Source of the DNA: an uncultured Planctomycetia bacterium
GTDB taxonomy: Bacteria > Omnitrophota > Gorgyraeia > 2-02-FULL-51-18
Direction: 5' to 3'
Length of the DNA: 64,000 nt
Assembly (NCBI GenBank): GCA_964606485.1
Contig: CAZSGP010000005.1
Coordinates: 139,649 to 203,648, forward strand
Shown here: positions 9,381-19,973 of the stretch, one piece after another
How the letters are laid out: each line of letters opens with the position of its first letter
Numbering within the stretch: the stretch's first letter is position 1
The notes under the pieces: generated by a model
Databases searched by the model: none
What the model saw: the letters and a program-made list of their open reading frames with translations, nothing else
Told to the model about the DNA's origin: nothing
Program-made: the position numbers and the translations under genes

Positions 9381-9861
9381 TCAAAACCTTGATCACTTGA
9401 TTCGTCAGGTCGCTGCCTTCTGACTTGTAGACGAGAACACGGTCATTGAATATAAAGGAATAACCCTGGGCTTTTCCAAAATCCTGGATAATGCCTTCGA
9501 TTTCCTTCAAGATGTCCTTGACCATTGCGTCGCGTTCGCGGCGAAGGGTGTCACGGGTGTTGCGATCAAACTCCTGAAGCGCTTGAATCTTTTGATCGAT
9601 TACGACTTGCTTATCGTCTTTAGCTTTTGAGCTTAAGAGTTCGGCTTCATCGCGCAGCTTCTTCACTTCGCCAACCATCTTGTCACGCTCAACCTGCTTA
9701 GTTCCACCTTTAGCTTCAAGGGACTTATCAAATTCTTTAGTTTTTTGATACTCGTCAAACACGCGCGCTAAATCAACGTATCCAATTTTTTCACCGGCCG
9801 CAAATGCCGCGTTCGAGAATAAGGCCAGCCCAATCATTACCGCTAACAACAACTTTTTCAT
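9352..9861 (-). CDS. skp: Periplasmic chaperone Skp/OmpH
   Basis: 169 aa, with a signal peptide and a charged coiled-coil body. It lies between bamA and lpxD, as is typical. Confidence 0.75.
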   Translation of the reverse strand: MKKLLLAVMIGLALFSNAAFAAGEKIGYVDLARVFDEYQKTKEFDKSLEAKGGTKQVERDKMVGEVKKLRDEAELLSSKAKDDKQVVIDQKIQALQEFDRNTRDTLRRERDAMVKDILKEIEGIIQDFGKAQGYSFIFNDRVLVYKSEGSDLTNQVIKVLNDSYATKKK

Positions 9862-9887
9862 CTTAGATCTCCTCCTCTGAAAGAAAT

Positions 9888-12197
9888 TTAGAACCCTTGA
9901 CTGATATTAAAATAAAATCTGATTTTTTTCTTCTCGCCCTCGACATCGTCCAAAGGATAACCCATATCGAGTTTCATCGGACCGATCGGAGTCTTAATGC
10001 GAACTCCCGCACCCGCGCCGGAAAACGGACCTGTTGAAGCAAAATCCCCCACTTTCTCATCGACACTGCCCGTGTCAAAAAAGACGGCTCCTTTAATCAA
10101 ATCAGGATAAATCGGAAAAGTTTCCTCTAAATTAATAATCCAAAATGAATCGCCGCCAATTGGCTCTTTATTTCCAGGATCACGAGGACCCACGCGGCGC
10201 TCTCTGTAACCGCGAATGGTTGAAGCTCCACCCGCAAAATAGCGTTCATAAATCGGAACCTTAGGGGAATCACTGTAACTATCAGCAATTCCCGCTCTTC
10301 CCTTTACTTCCAACACAAGCTCATCCCAATGCTTTAAGTAACGGCTCGCCACGGCTGAAAGCTTCCAAAAATCTTTATCTCCACCCAACACGCCGCCAGC
10401 GAGTTCCCCAGTAGCCGAAGCCATGTAACCCGTTGTTGGGGCAAAAATATTATCGCGCTCATCGTGTGTTAACGTGAGCGCAAGACTAGAGGTAATGTTT
10501 GTGCCGAGCTCGTCTTTCAAAGCCTGGGATGCGTCTGTTGGAATATCTGAAATTTTTACTTCTTCTAAACGGTACATCAAAAGACCTTTATCGTACTCCG
10601 TAAATTCTTTTCCGAAGCGAATATCACCGCCGGTTTTGCGCTGATTAAAGAAGTAACCGGAACTGCCGGAACGGTCGTATTCTTTGCGGTAGAGATCAAA
10701 TCCAAATGAGTACGGATGCCCAAAAAACCAAGGCTCTGTAAAAGAGAGTTCCGCATTTTGACGAACACTGCCCAATTCAAAACGAATTCCAAAATCCTGG
10801 CCAGCGCCCGTAAAGGTTTTCCAATTTTGCCAATCAAAATTTTTCTGACGAATCTGAGCAAAACCTAAAACAGAATCCACCGAACTGTATCCGCCACCAA
10901 AACTAAACTCACCGGTCTTAGCTTCTTTGACCGATATGACAAGATCCCGGCTATTGGGAAGCGAGCCGTTTTCTGTGTCAAAGCGAACATCTTCAAAGAA
11001 ACCGAGGTTATAGAGACGTTCTTTGGAACGCTTCAGCTTCGCACCGCTAAATGATTCCCCGGGGTACGCACGGAGTTCGCGACGAATCACAATATCTTTT
11101 GTTTTGGTGTTGCCCTGAACGCGCACTTTATCGACGTACACAAGCTCGTTCTCGGTAATCGAATAAATTAAATCCACGTTCTGAGTGGTTTCGTTGTACA
11201 CCGACTCGGAACGGATCTGAGCCGAAAGGTATCCCTTTTCGAAGTACAAATCCTGAATGCCGGACACGTCTAATCTTAAATTGCGCCGCGAGAAGGGTTT
11301 TAATTTCGTCATCTTGAGGGCTTTTAAAATTTCGTCTGTTTTAAGAATTGAATTTCCCTTCACCTGAATATCACCGACTAAATATTTGCGGCCTTCATTA
11401 ATAATGACTTTTAAATTGATGTCTCCGTCCGCATTTCCGGCAATCACTTCGGTTTCGGTGCGTACGTCTACATCGCTAAAACCTTTTTCATCGTATAGGG
11501 CTTTGACGCGCTCAATGTCTTCTTCCATCTCTTCTTCTTTCAAAAAGCCCGAGCGGAACAATCCGAAGAATGAAGCCGTTTTGGTTTTCATTCGACCCGT
11601 AATCTCGCCGCCGCCCACCGATTTGTTTCCTTCGACCTTAATGCTGCGGATGCGAACCTTGGAGCCTTCGTTGATTAAAATTTTAAGCACGGCTTGGTTG
11701 GTGTCCGGATTTGTGTCAAGAGCACTATCGACAGACGCGCCCGAAAATCCTTTTTTCTCATAAATTTTCTTAACGGCTTCGACGTCATCCCGCACGCGCT
11801 TAGGATCGACAAAATCCCCAATTACGGACTGCATTTCTTTGCGGACTTGATCGGTTTTAATCTTATGGTTGCCTTCGATTTTAATCTGAGACAGCACCGG
11901 CTTTTCACTGACAACGAAAACGACTTTTACGCCGCCATCGGAGTCCACCTGTTCAATTTTAACGTCGGTAAAAAAGCCTAAACCATATAAACGCTTCAAA
12001 TCTTCGTTGAGTACGCTCGATGAAATCGTGCCGCCCGGCTGGGTTTTAACTTTGGCAAGAATGGTGAGACTCGAAACCGTCTTATTGCCCTTAACTTCGA
12101 CACCTTTGACGGAGGATCCTTCAGCCGCAAAAGAAAAGGACTGAATGCTTAAAGCAAACACTAAAACCAGTAAGGAAAATTTAAAAAATCGGCTCAT
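9888..12197 (-). CDS. bamA: Outer membrane protein assembly factor BamA
   Basis: 769 aa, with a signal peptide, repeated POTRA-like segments and a C-terminal beta-barrel ending FYFNISQGF. Confidence 0.8.
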   Translation of the reverse strand: MSRFFKFSLLVLVFALSIQSFSFAAEGSSVKGVEVKGNKTVSSLTILAKVKTQPGGTISSSVLNEDLKRLYGLGFFTDVKIEQVDSDGGVKVVFVVSEKPVLSQIKIEGNHKIKTDQVRKEMQSVIGDFVDPKRVRDDVEAVKKIYEKKGFSGASVDSALDTNPDTNQAVLKILINEGSKVRIRSIKVEGNKSVGGGEITGRMKTKTASFFGLFRSGFLKEEEMEEDIERVKALYDEKGFSDVDVRTETEVIAGNADGDINLKVIINEGRKYLVGDIQVKGNSILKTDEILKALKMTKLKPFSRRNLRLDVSGIQDLYFEKGYLSAQIRSESVYNETTQNVDLIYSITENELVYVDKVRVQGNTKTKDIVIRRELRAYPGESFSGAKLKRSKERLYNLGFFEDVRFDTENGSLPNSRDLVISVKEAKTGEFSFGGGYSSVDSVLGFAQIRQKNFDWQNWKTFTGAGQDFGIRFELGSVRQNAELSFTEPWFFGHPYSFGFDLYRKEYDRSGSSGYFFNQRKTGGDIRFGKEFTEYDKGLLMYRLEEVKISDIPTDASQALKDELGTNITSSLALTLTHDERDNIFAPTTGYMASATGELAGGVLGGDKDFWKLSAVASRYLKHWDELVLEVKGRAGIADSYSDSPKVPIYERYFAGGASTIRGYRERRVGPRDPGNKEPIGGDSFWIINLEETFPIYPDLIKGAVFFDTGSVDEKVGDFASTGPFSGAGAGVRIKTPIGPMKLDMGYPLDDVEGEKKKIRFYFNISQGF

Positions 12198-12215
12198 AAT
12201 TTAGCGGTTACTCTA

Positions 12216-13577
12216 TCACAGTTCTTCTTTGCGCACAAGTTCGGCATTCTCAAAACGCGTGTACTCGTGAATAAATGCGAGTTTAAAGCTTCCGACAGGG
12301 CCGTTTCTTTGTTTGGCAATGATGACTTCGGCTTTTCCGCGATTTTCCTCGGTGGGATTGTAGTATTCTTCGCGAAGCAGCAAAATGACGACGTCAGCGT
12401 CCTGCTCAATGGCTCCCGATTCTCTCAAATCTGAAAGCTGAGGCCGGTGGTCGGTGCGGGACTCGACTGCGCGCGAAAGCTGACTCACCGCAATCACCGG
12501 CACATGGAGTTCACGGGCAAGTTCCTTTAAAGAACGGGAAATTTCAGAAATCTCCTGCTGGCGGCTTTCGGCGGAACCTGAGCCTTGCATAAGCTGGAGA
12601 TAGTCGAGAATCAAAAGTTTAATGTCGAACTGTGCCTTCAGGCGACGCGCCTTCGCCTTTAATTCCAAAATGCTGATACCCGGCGTGTCGTCGATGTAAA
12701 TGGGAGCTTCTGAAAGTTTAGCGGCCGCACTCGTTAAATTGGGCCAATCCGACTGAGCTAAAAATCCGGTGCGGACTTTGTGAGCGTTCACGCGCGCCGT
12801 TGAGCAAAGCATTCTCTGCACGAGCTGTTCTTTGGACATTTCCAAACTGAAAATGGCGACCGGCGTTTTTGAAATAAGTCCCGCGTGTTCCGCAATGCAG
12901 GTCATGAGTGCTGATTTTCCCATGGAAGGACGTGCGGCAATAATCACTAGATCAGAAGCCTGAAGCCCAGCCGTCATCGTATCGAATTCGTGGTAACCCG
13001 TCGCAATACCGGTGATGTGTTCCTTGCGCTGATACAGGCGATCAATCGTTTCAACCTGATTGCGCACAATTTCTTTCATCGGGACTAACCCGCCGGAAAA
13101 CTTTTTGTTGGTGATTTCGAAGATTAATTTTTCCGAGCGATCCAGCAACTCTTCAACATTCTCAGTCTGATCGTAAGAACCGGCAACAATCTCGGTGGCA
13201 TTTGAAATTAAATGGCGGAGAATATATTTTTCTCGGACAATCTTTGCGTAGTAAAGCAGATTGGCCGCCGTAGGAACGCTGGAAGTCAGCTGTGCGAGAT
13301 AAGCGGGACCGCCTACTTCGTCCAGCGTGCCTTCTTTGGCAAAAACATCATTCAGCGTAATAATATCAATGGCTTTATTTTCATTGAACATTGTGATGAG
13401 CGTTTTGAAGATCTTTCGGTGGGAATCTTTGTAGAAAAACTCTGGGCTTAAAAGTTCAACGCCGCGAGCGAGCGCGTTTTCCTCTATCATCATCGAACCC
13501 AACACCGCCATTTCGGCGTCGAGATTTTGCGGGGGAATTTTTTCTCGCTGGTGGAGAACGGCTTCGAGATTTGACAC
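12216..13577 (-). CDS. dnaB: Replicative DNA helicase DnaB
   Basis: 453 aa. PQNLDAEMAVLGSMM, Walker A ARPSMGKSA and LKELARELHVPVIAVSQLSR are DnaB signatures. Confidence 0.9.
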   Translation of the reverse strand: MSNLEAVLHQREKIPPQNLDAEMAVLGSMMIEENALARGVELLSPEFFYKDSHRKIFKTLITMFNENKAIDIITLNDVFAKEGTLDEVGGPAYLAQLTSSVPTAANLLYYAKIVREKYILRHLISNATEIVAGSYDQTENVEELLDRSEKLIFEITNKKFSGGLVPMKEIVRNQVETIDRLYQRKEHITGIATGYHEFDTMTAGLQASDLVIIAARPSMGKSALMTCIAEHAGLISKTPVAIFSLEMSKEQLVQRMLCSTARVNAHKVRTGFLAQSDWPNLTSAAAKLSEAPIYIDDTPGISILELKAKARRLKAQFDIKLLILDYLQLMQGSGSAESRQQEISEISRSLKELARELHVPVIAVSQLSRAVESRTDHRPQLSDLRESGAIEQDADVVILLLREEYYNPTEENRGKAEVIIAKQRNGPVGSFKLAFIHEYTRFENAELVRKEEL

Positions 13578-14029
13578 TATTTCTTTTTAATCACCGAGAG
13601 TTTGAGCGTGGCATTCACTTGAGGGTGAAGCTTGATCGTCACGGAATGTTCGCCAAGTGTCTTGATCGGTTCTTCCAAAAGAATTTGTCTTTTTTCGACC
13701 GATACCGCCTTGCCGGAAAGCACCTGCTGAATATCTTTCCAGGTTACCGCACCGAACATCTTACTGCCTTCTCCGACAGCCATCTCGACTGACAAAGAAA
13801 ACTTTCCAATCTTTTCGGCAAGCGCCTGCGCTTCTCCTAGCACCTGACTCGCATTCGCCGCTTGACGGTTTTTTTCGTCCTGCGTCACTTTTAAGTTCGC
13901 GGGTGTCGCAGGTTTGGCCTTCGCGTGCGGAAACAAAAAATTCTGCGCAAACCCGGAAGAGACTTTCACAACGTCTCCCCGTTTTCCGAGCTTTGGATCG
14001 TCCTGCGTGAGAATAACTTGAATGTCCAT
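13577..14029 (-). CDS. rplI: 50S ribosomal protein L9
   Basis: 150 aa. MDIQVILTQDDPKLGKRGDVVKVSSGFAQNFLFP. Confidence 0.85.
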   Translation of the reverse strand: MDIQVILTQDDPKLGKRGDVVKVSSGFAQNFLFPHAKAKPATPANLKVTQDEKNRQAANASQVLGEAQALAEKIGKFSLSVEMAVGEGSKMFGAVTWKDIQQVLSGKAVSVEKRQILLEEPIKTLGEHSVTIKLHPQVNATLKLSVIKKK

Positions 14030-14070
14030 AGGCCCCTTTTATACGGGCGCGGTCACCGCGCCCGTACGGT

Positions 14071-14334
14071 TCAATCTGCGACGAACGGCAATAAAGCGAT
14101 TTGACGAGCGCGTTTGACCTGACGAACGATGTGTCTCTGGGACTTGGCACTCGCTCCGGAAATGCGGCTCGGAATAATTTTTCCGCGTTCGGTTACAAAA
14201 TAGCGCAAGCGGCTCAAATCTTTGTAATCAATGGTCTCGATTTCTTCTGGGCTAAATTTACAAACCTTCTTACGGATAATTTTTTTCTTATTCAGTGTTT
14301 TCTTTTTTTTCACAAACGGTCTTTTTTCGAGCAT
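14071..14334 (-). CDS. rpsR: 30S ribosomal protein S18
   Basis: 87 aa. [36 protein letters not shown]. Confidence 0.85.
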   Translation of the reverse strand: MLEKRPFVKKKKTLNKKKIIRKKVCKFSPEEIETIDYKDLSRLRYFVTERGKIIPSRISGASAKSQRHIVRQVKRARQIALLPFVAD

Positions 14335-14346
14335 TTTATTTCTCCT

Positions 14347-14805
14347 TTAAAATGGAACTTCTTCAGATTTTCCGCCGAGGTCTGAAATTTCATCTAGCTG
14401 AATTTCGGGCATCTCTTCTTTTGAACCGATGGGCGCACTATCTCCAAATGACTCGCGATCTTTTCCCGAGCCAGAGGCAGAACCCATGAACTGAACATTC
14501 GTCGCCACTACTTCGACGGCGCTGCGTTTTTGTCCGTCCGGCCCATCCCAGGAACGGCTTTGCAAGCGGCCTTCTACGAACACGGGGCGGCCCTTTTTCA
14601 AATATTCTCCGCAAATTTCGGCCATACGCCCCCAAACAACCACTTTGATGAAACTTACTTCTTCTTTTTTTTCGCCAGTCGGTAATTTATAAACACGGTT
14701 GGACGCAATGGTGAAACTTGCCACCGCAGAGCCGCTGGGAATGTAACGAAGTTCCGGATCGCGCGTTAAATTGCCGATCAATAGAACTTTGTTCAGACTT
14801 GCCAT
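14347..14805 (-). CDS. ssb: Single-stranded DNA-binding protein
   Basis: 152 aa. MASLNKVLLIGNLTRDPELRY with an OB fold, and an acidic C-terminal tail IQLDEISDLGG...EVPF. Confidence 0.85.
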   Translation of the reverse strand: MASLNKVLLIGNLTRDPELRYIPSGSAVASFTIASNRVYKLPTGEKKEEVSFIKVVVWGRMAEICGEYLKKGRPVFVEGRLQSRSWDGPDGQKRSAVEVVATNVQFMGSASGSGKDRESFGDSAPIGSKEEMPEIQLDEISDLGGKSEEVPF

Positions 14806-15095
14806 TATTTTTCGTCCTTATTGATAATCATGTATCTCAACAAGTTATCGTTTAGTTTCAAGTTTTGCTCGATCTTCTTGGCGAGTCTTGAATCCATTTG
14901 GAAATTGAGAAGCACGTATTGACCTTCCTGCTTCTTTTTAATCATATAGGCCAGGCGTTTTTTACCCCAGTCCTGAATTCCTTCAACGCGACCGCCGTTC
15001 TTGGTCACAAGCTCCTGTAGTCCGGTAACGATGCCCTTGGACGCGTCCGCTTGGACATCCGGATCAATAATAAAAATGCCTTCGTAATTGCTCAT
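14805..15095 (-). CDS. rpsF: 30S ribosomal protein S6
   Basis: 96 aa. MSNYEGIFIIDPD..., in the rpsF-ssb-rpsR-rplI arrangement. Confidence 0.8.
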   Translation of the reverse strand: MSNYEGIFIIDPDVQADASKGIVTGLQELVTKNGGRVEGIQDWGKKRLAYMIKKKQEGQYVLLNFQMDSRLAKKIEQNLKLNDNLLRYMIINKDEK

Positions 15096-15104
15096 AGGTC
15101 CCTT

Positions 15105-15668
15105 CTACTCCTTTTGTTGTTTTTGGCTCAATTGGTTTTGAGCCGAATTAAAATCTTTTTCCGCCCAACTTTTACAGACTGAAACGGCGGACTCCAGTAT
15201 CTTTTTTAAATCTTTCTTTTCGCCGGGGTTAAATGTCCCCAGCACAAAACCGCTCAAATCCTTCGGCATCGCTGAATTGGCGACGCCCAACCGAAGTCTC
15301 GGAAAGCTTTGAGAATCGAGCGCTTCAATCAACGACTCGAGACCGTGATGTCCTCCCGCGCTTCCTTTTTCGCGAAGCCGCATTCTTCCAAAGGGAAGAT
15401 TCACGTCATCGCAAACCGCTAGAAAATCTTCGGGTTTTGCCTCTTTGTACTTTAGAACGTTCCGAATCGTCTGCCCTGACAAATTTACAAATGTCAGCGG
15501 TTTTATTAAAAGAACATTTTCCAAGCCTTCTGCAACCCAGGCATCGAGCTTTGCATTCTTTTTCCACGTCATCGATGCAGCGAGCCCGTCTAAAACTTCA
15601 AATCCGATATTATGGCGCGTGCCCTGGTATTTTGTGCCGGGGTTACCGATGCCAATAATAAATTTCAA
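15105..15668 (-). CDS. pth: Peptidyl-tRNA hydrolase
   Basis: 187 aa. MKFIIGIGNPGTKYQGTRHNIGF. Confidence 0.9.
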   Translation of the reverse strand: MKFIIGIGNPGTKYQGTRHNIGFEVLDGLAASMTWKKNAKLDAWVAEGLENVLLIKPLTFVNLSGQTIRNVLKYKEAKPEDFLAVCDDVNLPFGRMRLREKGSAGGHHGLESLIEALDSQSFPRLRLGVANSAMPKDLSGFVLGTFNPGEKKDLKKILESAVSVCKSWAEKDFNSAQNQLSQKQQKE

Positions 15669-15671
15669 CCG

Positions 15672-16370
15672 TTATTTCTTCTCCGCTTTGGGAGCATCCT
15701 TGGCGGCTGGTTCTTTGGCTCCGGGCGCTGCAGGATCTTCCTTCTTCTCGCGGATGACTTCCACTTCTTGCGTTTCAGCAAGCGCGTCTTCCGGCTTCTC
15801 TTCGACCGGCAACTTCACGGTAAAGAGCACGGCTTCGCCGTCGGTTAGAACTTTAAGCTTTTCTGACAGCGCCAAATCCTTGACGTGAATGGTGCCGTTA
15901 ATTTTAAGCCCTGAAATATCGACATCAATATGCTTTGGAATATCGGTCGGCAAGCATTGGACTTTGATCATACGAAGCGGGTGATCCAAAATACCACCCT
16001 CTTGTTTGACGCCGATCGATTCACCCTGAGCCACCACTTCGACTTCAACGATGATCCGCTCAGTCAGTGAAATCTCATTCAAATCCACATGAAGAATGTC
16101 ACGGCGGACGGGATCGTGCTGGACTTCTTTAACAATGACTAAACGCGGCTTGGCTTTCTTGTCTTTTTCAATCGTAAGATTAATCAGCAAATTTTCACCC
16201 GCGGCGTCATGGATGATTTTGGTGATTTCACGGCCCGGAAGCGAAACCGACACGGGTTGGTCTCCGCGGTGATACACCGTTGCTGGGACAAATCCCGAGC
16301 TGCGCAGTTTTTTCACGGCCTGCTTGCCTTTTTCTTCTCTGATCGTCGCTTTGATTTTAATCTGTTCCAT
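15672..16370 (-). CDS. rplY: 50S ribosomal protein L25 / general stress protein Ctc
   Basis: 232 aa, with an L25 N-terminal domain and a charged C-terminal extension. Confidence 0.75.
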   Translation of the reverse strand: MEQIKIKATIREEKGKQAVKKLRSSGFVPATVYHRGDQPVSVSLPGREITKIIHDAAGENLLINLTIEKDKKAKPRLVIVKEVQHDPVRRDILHVDLNEISLTERIIVEVEVVAQGESIGVKQEGGILDHPLRMIKVQCLPTDIPKHIDVDISGLKINGTIHVKDLALSEKLKVLTDGEAVLFTVKLPVEEKPEDALAETQEVEVIREKKEDPAAPGAKEPAAKDAPKAEKK

Positions 16371-16388
16371 TTTACGGTCTCTTTCCTT

Positions 16389-17327
16389 TTAATTGAATAA
16401 ACTGCTCACCGATGATTCGTCATGAATTCTGCTGATCGCTTCCGCGAGTAACGGAGCTATCGAAAGAACTTTGAAAATCGGATCTTTTTTCTCAGGGGAC
16501 AGCGGAATGCTGTCCGTCACCACAAACTCTTCAATGGGGGAGGACTTAATGCGCTCAAGCGCCGGACCCGACAAAATCGGATGCGACACCGCCGCATAAA
16601 TCTTTAAGGCTCCCGCTTTTTTAAGCGCGCTTGCGGCCTCGCACATCGAGCTTGCCGTCGCTGCCAAATCGTCCACAATAACGATGTTTTTTCCTTTTAC
16701 GTCGCCTAAAATATTCATCACTTCCGCTTGCTTGTCGTCAATGCGGCGCTTGTCCACAATCGCAAGACTTGCCTCGAGCCGCTTGGCGTAGGCGCGGGCC
16801 ATCTTGATTCCGCCCACGTCCGGGGAAGCCACTACTAAATTTTTCATTTTTTTCTTTTTGAAATAATCTACGACCACTTTAACCGCAAATAAATGATCGA
16901 GTGGAATATCAAAAAAACCTTGAATCTGACCGGCATGCAAATCCATGGTCAAAACCCGGTCGGCTCCGGCCGTCGTGATGAGATTGGCGACGAGCTTGGC
17001 TGTGATCGGTACACGGGGTTGGTCTTTGCGGTCTTGGCGCGCGTATCCAAAATAAGGAACAACGGCGGTGATGCGCCGCGCGGAGGCGCGTCTGAACGCA
17101 TCGATCATGATCAAAAGTTCCATTAAATTATTATTCGATGGCGGGCAGGTGGATTGAACGATAAATACGTCGCGGCCACGCACATCTTCGTTTATTTTGA
17201 CGCGAATTTCGCCTTCACTAAACGTTGTGACGAGCGAATCGCCAATCGGAACATCCAGGAGCTTCGCGATCTTTTTAGCAAGCTCAGGACTTGCATTGCC
17301 TGTGAATATTTTTAATTTTCCGTTCAT
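16389..17327 (-). CDS. prs: Ribose-phosphate pyrophosphokinase
   Basis: 312 aa, with a PRPP synthetase motif (DLHAGQIQGFFDIP) and IVDDLAATASSM. Confidence 0.9.
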   Translation of the reverse strand: MNGKLKIFTGNASPELAKKIAKLLDVPIGDSLVTTFSEGEIRVKINEDVRGRDVFIVQSTCPPSNNNLMELLIMIDAFRRASARRITAVVPYFGYARQDRKDQPRVPITAKLVANLITTAGADRVLTMDLHAGQIQGFFDIPLDHLFAVKVVVDYFKKKKMKNLVVASPDVGGIKMARAYAKRLEASLAIVDKRRIDDKQAEVMNILGDVKGKNIVIVDDLAATASSMCEAASALKKAGALKIYAAVSHPILSGPALERIKSSPIEEFVVTDSIPLSPEKKDPIFKVLSIAPLLAEAISRIHDESSVSSLFN

Positions 17328-18598
17328 GATTTTTTTCCTAAAGCTTTTTTTCTTTCAAGTATTCTTGCCGGCACTCCCGCGACCACCGCGCCGTCCGGCA
17401 CATTTCTATTTTTGGGAACCACTGCCCCTGCACCGGTCTTGGCGCATTTCCCCACTGTTACCGGTGCGACTAAAACCGTCCCGCTTCCGATTTGGGCGCC
17501 GTCCTTAATCACAGTTGCATGCTTGGCTTTCCCGTCATAATTCGCCGTTATCGTTCCAGCGCCGACGTTCACAGCCTCTCCAACAACCGCGTCCCCCAAA
17601 TAACTCAAGTGCTTCACCTGGCTTTTACGACCAATGCGTGAACGCACAATTTCAACAAAGTTCCCGATAACCGCTTGGTCGCCGACCGTCGACCCGCCGC
17701 GAATTCTAGCGAAGGGCCCAATCCGGCAATCCCGGCCAATCTGTGAATCTTCCTCGATAACCGTGTGGGGGAAAATCACGGTATTATTCCCGATTTCGAC
17801 TCCCGCGTCAACCGTTGTCGTTTGGGGGTCTTTGACCCACACTCCGCGCTCCGAATGCGCTAAAAGGATGCGATTTTGCAGATTTCGCGTTAAACAGAAA
17901 AGATCCTGACGGGTATTAATCCCCTTAATCTCGGCAGATTCCTCAACCAGCAGCGCTTCACAAGGACCTTTGGCGGATAAAACAGCTACCGCGTCAGTCA
18001 AATAGATCTCGTTTTTCTTTTCATTGCGCGGAAGACGCTTTAACACCTCAAAAAGCTCAGGCGCCCGGAACGCGTAACAACCCACATTGATTTCTCGAAT
18101 CGCTTTTTGCTCCGCGGTTAAATCATTTTCCTCGATAATCGCTTCAACGAGCCCTGAAACGCTCCGGATAATTCTTCCGTAGCTAAATGGATTTGCAAGC
18201 TCGGTGCTGAGCAGCGTTGCTTCTGCTTTCGACTGAATGTGTTTTAAAAGAAGTTCCTTTAGCGTCTGGGTTTGAAGGAGCGGCGTATCACAATAAAGCA
18301 CGAGCACATTCCCCTTAAAACCGCTCAACGCCGATTTCGCGCAAAGAAGCGCATGACCGCTTCCAAGCTGCTCTTTTTGATGCGCAACCACTGCGTTCTT
18401 TCCGACAAAGGCTTTTACTGCATCGATTCCGAAACCCGAGACCACTACGGTCTTCGATGGTTTAAGAGGCTTCACCGCTTCCAGCAAATGCCAGAGCATC
18501 GGCTTTCCGCAAAGAGGGACTAGTGCTTTCGGAAGTTCGGATTTCATCCGCGTGCCCTTGCCAGCGGCGAGAATCACGACAGCTAAAGGAGAGCTCAT
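17324..18598 (-). CDS. glmU: Bifunctional GlcNAc-1-phosphate uridyltransferase / GlcN-1-P acetyltransferase
   Basis: 424 aa, with an N-terminal nucleotidyltransferase ([11 protein letters not shown]) and a C-terminal hexapeptide acetyltransferase. Confidence 0.85.
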   Translation of the reverse strand: MSSPLAVVILAAGKGTRMKSELPKALVPLCGKPMLWHLLEAVKPLKPSKTVVVSGFGIDAVKAFVGKNAVVAHQKEQLGSGHALLCAKSALSGFKGNVLVLYCDTPLLQTQTLKELLLKHIQSKAEATLLSTELANPFSYGRIIRSVSGLVEAIIEENDLTAEQKAIREINVGCYAFRAPELFEVLKRLPRNEKKNEIYLTDAVAVLSAKGPCEALLVEESAEIKGINTRQDLFCLTRNLQNRILLAHSERGVWVKDPQTTTVDAGVEIGNNTVIFPHTVIEEDSQIGRDCRIGPFARIRGGSTVGDQAVIGNFVEIVRSRIGRKSQVKHLSYLGDAVVGEAVNVGAGTITANYDGKAKHATVIKDGAQIGSGTVLVAPVTVGKCAKTGAGAVVPKNRNVPDGAVVAGVPARILERKKALGKKS

Positions 18599-19845
18599 GC
18601 GACTTTTCGAATTTCCTTATCGTAAATCATTTCAGGTTTACGGCGGTGAAGAACGGTTTCAATTCCAATCACGCACTCGCGCACTTCCTTAGTGGACGGA
18701 ATGTCGTACATAATTTCAAGCATGATTTCTTCAAGGATTGCTCTTAGTCCCCGCGCGCCCGTTTTTTTCTTAAGCGCTTCGCGCACAATTTCTAAAAGTG
18801 CCTCGTCCGTAAATGAAAGTTTTACACCTTCCAAGTCGAAGAATTTTTGGTACTGACGCACCAGCGCATTTTTGGGTTCGGTTAAGATTCTAAGAAGATC
18901 GTTTTCGGTTAGCCCCTCCAGCGTTCCTAAAATCGGGAAGCGGCCGATGAATTCCGGAATCATTCCAAATTTCACCAAATCCTGCGTCTCCACTTGAGAA
19001 ACCGCGGACTTTTCGACCCGTAACGTTTGGGATTTGTGGCTATGAAAACCGATATCTGCTTTTCCTAAACGGTTTTGAATGATGTGCTCCAGATGACTAA
19101 AGGTTCCCCCGCAAATAAAAAGAATGTGCGAGGTATCAATTTGAATCGTTTCACCTTGAGGGTGTTTGCGCCCGCCGCCTTGAGGAATATTAGCCTTCGT
19201 GCCTTCTAAAATTTTAAGCAAACCTTGCTGAACCCCTTCACCCGAAACGTCGCGCGTGATTGAAACATTTTCCGAGGTCTTGGCAATTTTATCAATTTCA
19301 TCGATGTATACAATGCCGCGCTCGGCACGTTTGGCGTTGAAATCTGCATCCTGCAAAAGTCTCAGAAGAACATTCTCCACGTCTTCTCCAACGTAACCGG
19401 CCTGAGTCAGTGTCGTGGCATCGGCGATCGCAAACGGCACTTTTAAAATCCTCGCCAGTGTTCGCGCGAGTAGCGTTTTTCCGGAACCCGTGGGACCAAT
19501 GAGAAGCACGTTTGATTTTTCAAGTTCCACGTCACTTGCTTTTTGGCGGGACAAAAGACGCTTGTAATGATTGTAAACACTGACGGACAACTGCTTTTTG
19601 ACTTTGTCCTGTCCAATCACATAATCGTCGAGTGTTTTTTTAATATCCACCGGCTTTGGGAGCGCTTCAAAAACAAGTTCGGGCTCTTCTTTTTTGGCGG
19701 ATTTCTTGGAGTCGGCTTCGAGAACTTCGTGACAAAACTGAACGCACTTGGCGCAAATCAGCATTTCCGGCCCGGAAAAAACTTTTTCGTCTGCCGTCAG
19801 GGCTCGCTTACAAAAGGAACAAGTTTGAGGAGTTGTTTTTTCCAT
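18595..19845 (-). CDS. clpX: ATP-dependent Clp protease ATP-binding subunit ClpX
   Basis: Zinc-finger CSFCKR...CAKC, Walker A GPTGSGKT and an IGF-loop region. The start is placed at the internal MEKTTPQT. The longer ORF reaching 19896 would overlap the tRNA-Gln. Confidence 0.85.
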   Translation of the reverse strand: MEKTTPQTCSFCKRALTADEKVFSGPEMLICAKCVQFCHEVLEADSKKSAKKEEPELVFEALPKPVDIKKTLDDYVIGQDKVKKQLSVSVYNHYKRLLSRQKASDVELEKSNVLLIGPTGSGKTLLARTLARILKVPFAIADATTLTQAGYVGEDVENVLLRLLQDADFNAKRAERGIVYIDEIDKIAKTSENVSITRDVSGEGVQQGLLKILEGTKANIPQGGGRKHPQGETIQIDTSHILFICGGTFSHLEHIIQNRLGKADIGFHSHKSQTLRVEKSAVSQVETQDLVKFGMIPEFIGRFPILGTLEGLTENDLLRILTEPKNALVRQYQKFFDLEGVKLSFTDEALLEIVREALKKKTGARGLRAILEEIMLEIMYDIPSTKEVRECVIGIETVLHRRKPEMIYDKEIRKVA

Positions 19846-19867
19846 AACGATCCGTTTCTTTAAAAAA

Positions 19868-19938
19868 CTGCCCCGCATGGATTCGAACCATGACAATCGC
19901 CTCCAAAGGGCGGTGTGCTACCATTACACCACAGGGCA
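19868..19938 (-). tRNA. tRNA-Gln (anticodon UUG)
   Basis: The reverse complement folds into a cloverleaf. The acceptor stem is UGCCCUG / CGGGGCA with a U1-A72 pair and G73. The D-arm is GUGU..GCAC, the anticodon loop is CUUUGGA (UUG), and the T-arm is CAUGG-UUCGAAU-CCAUG. Confidence 0.8.
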
Positions 19939-19973
19939 AAAATTTATCAAACCACTAAGAACTTTTTTTGAAC

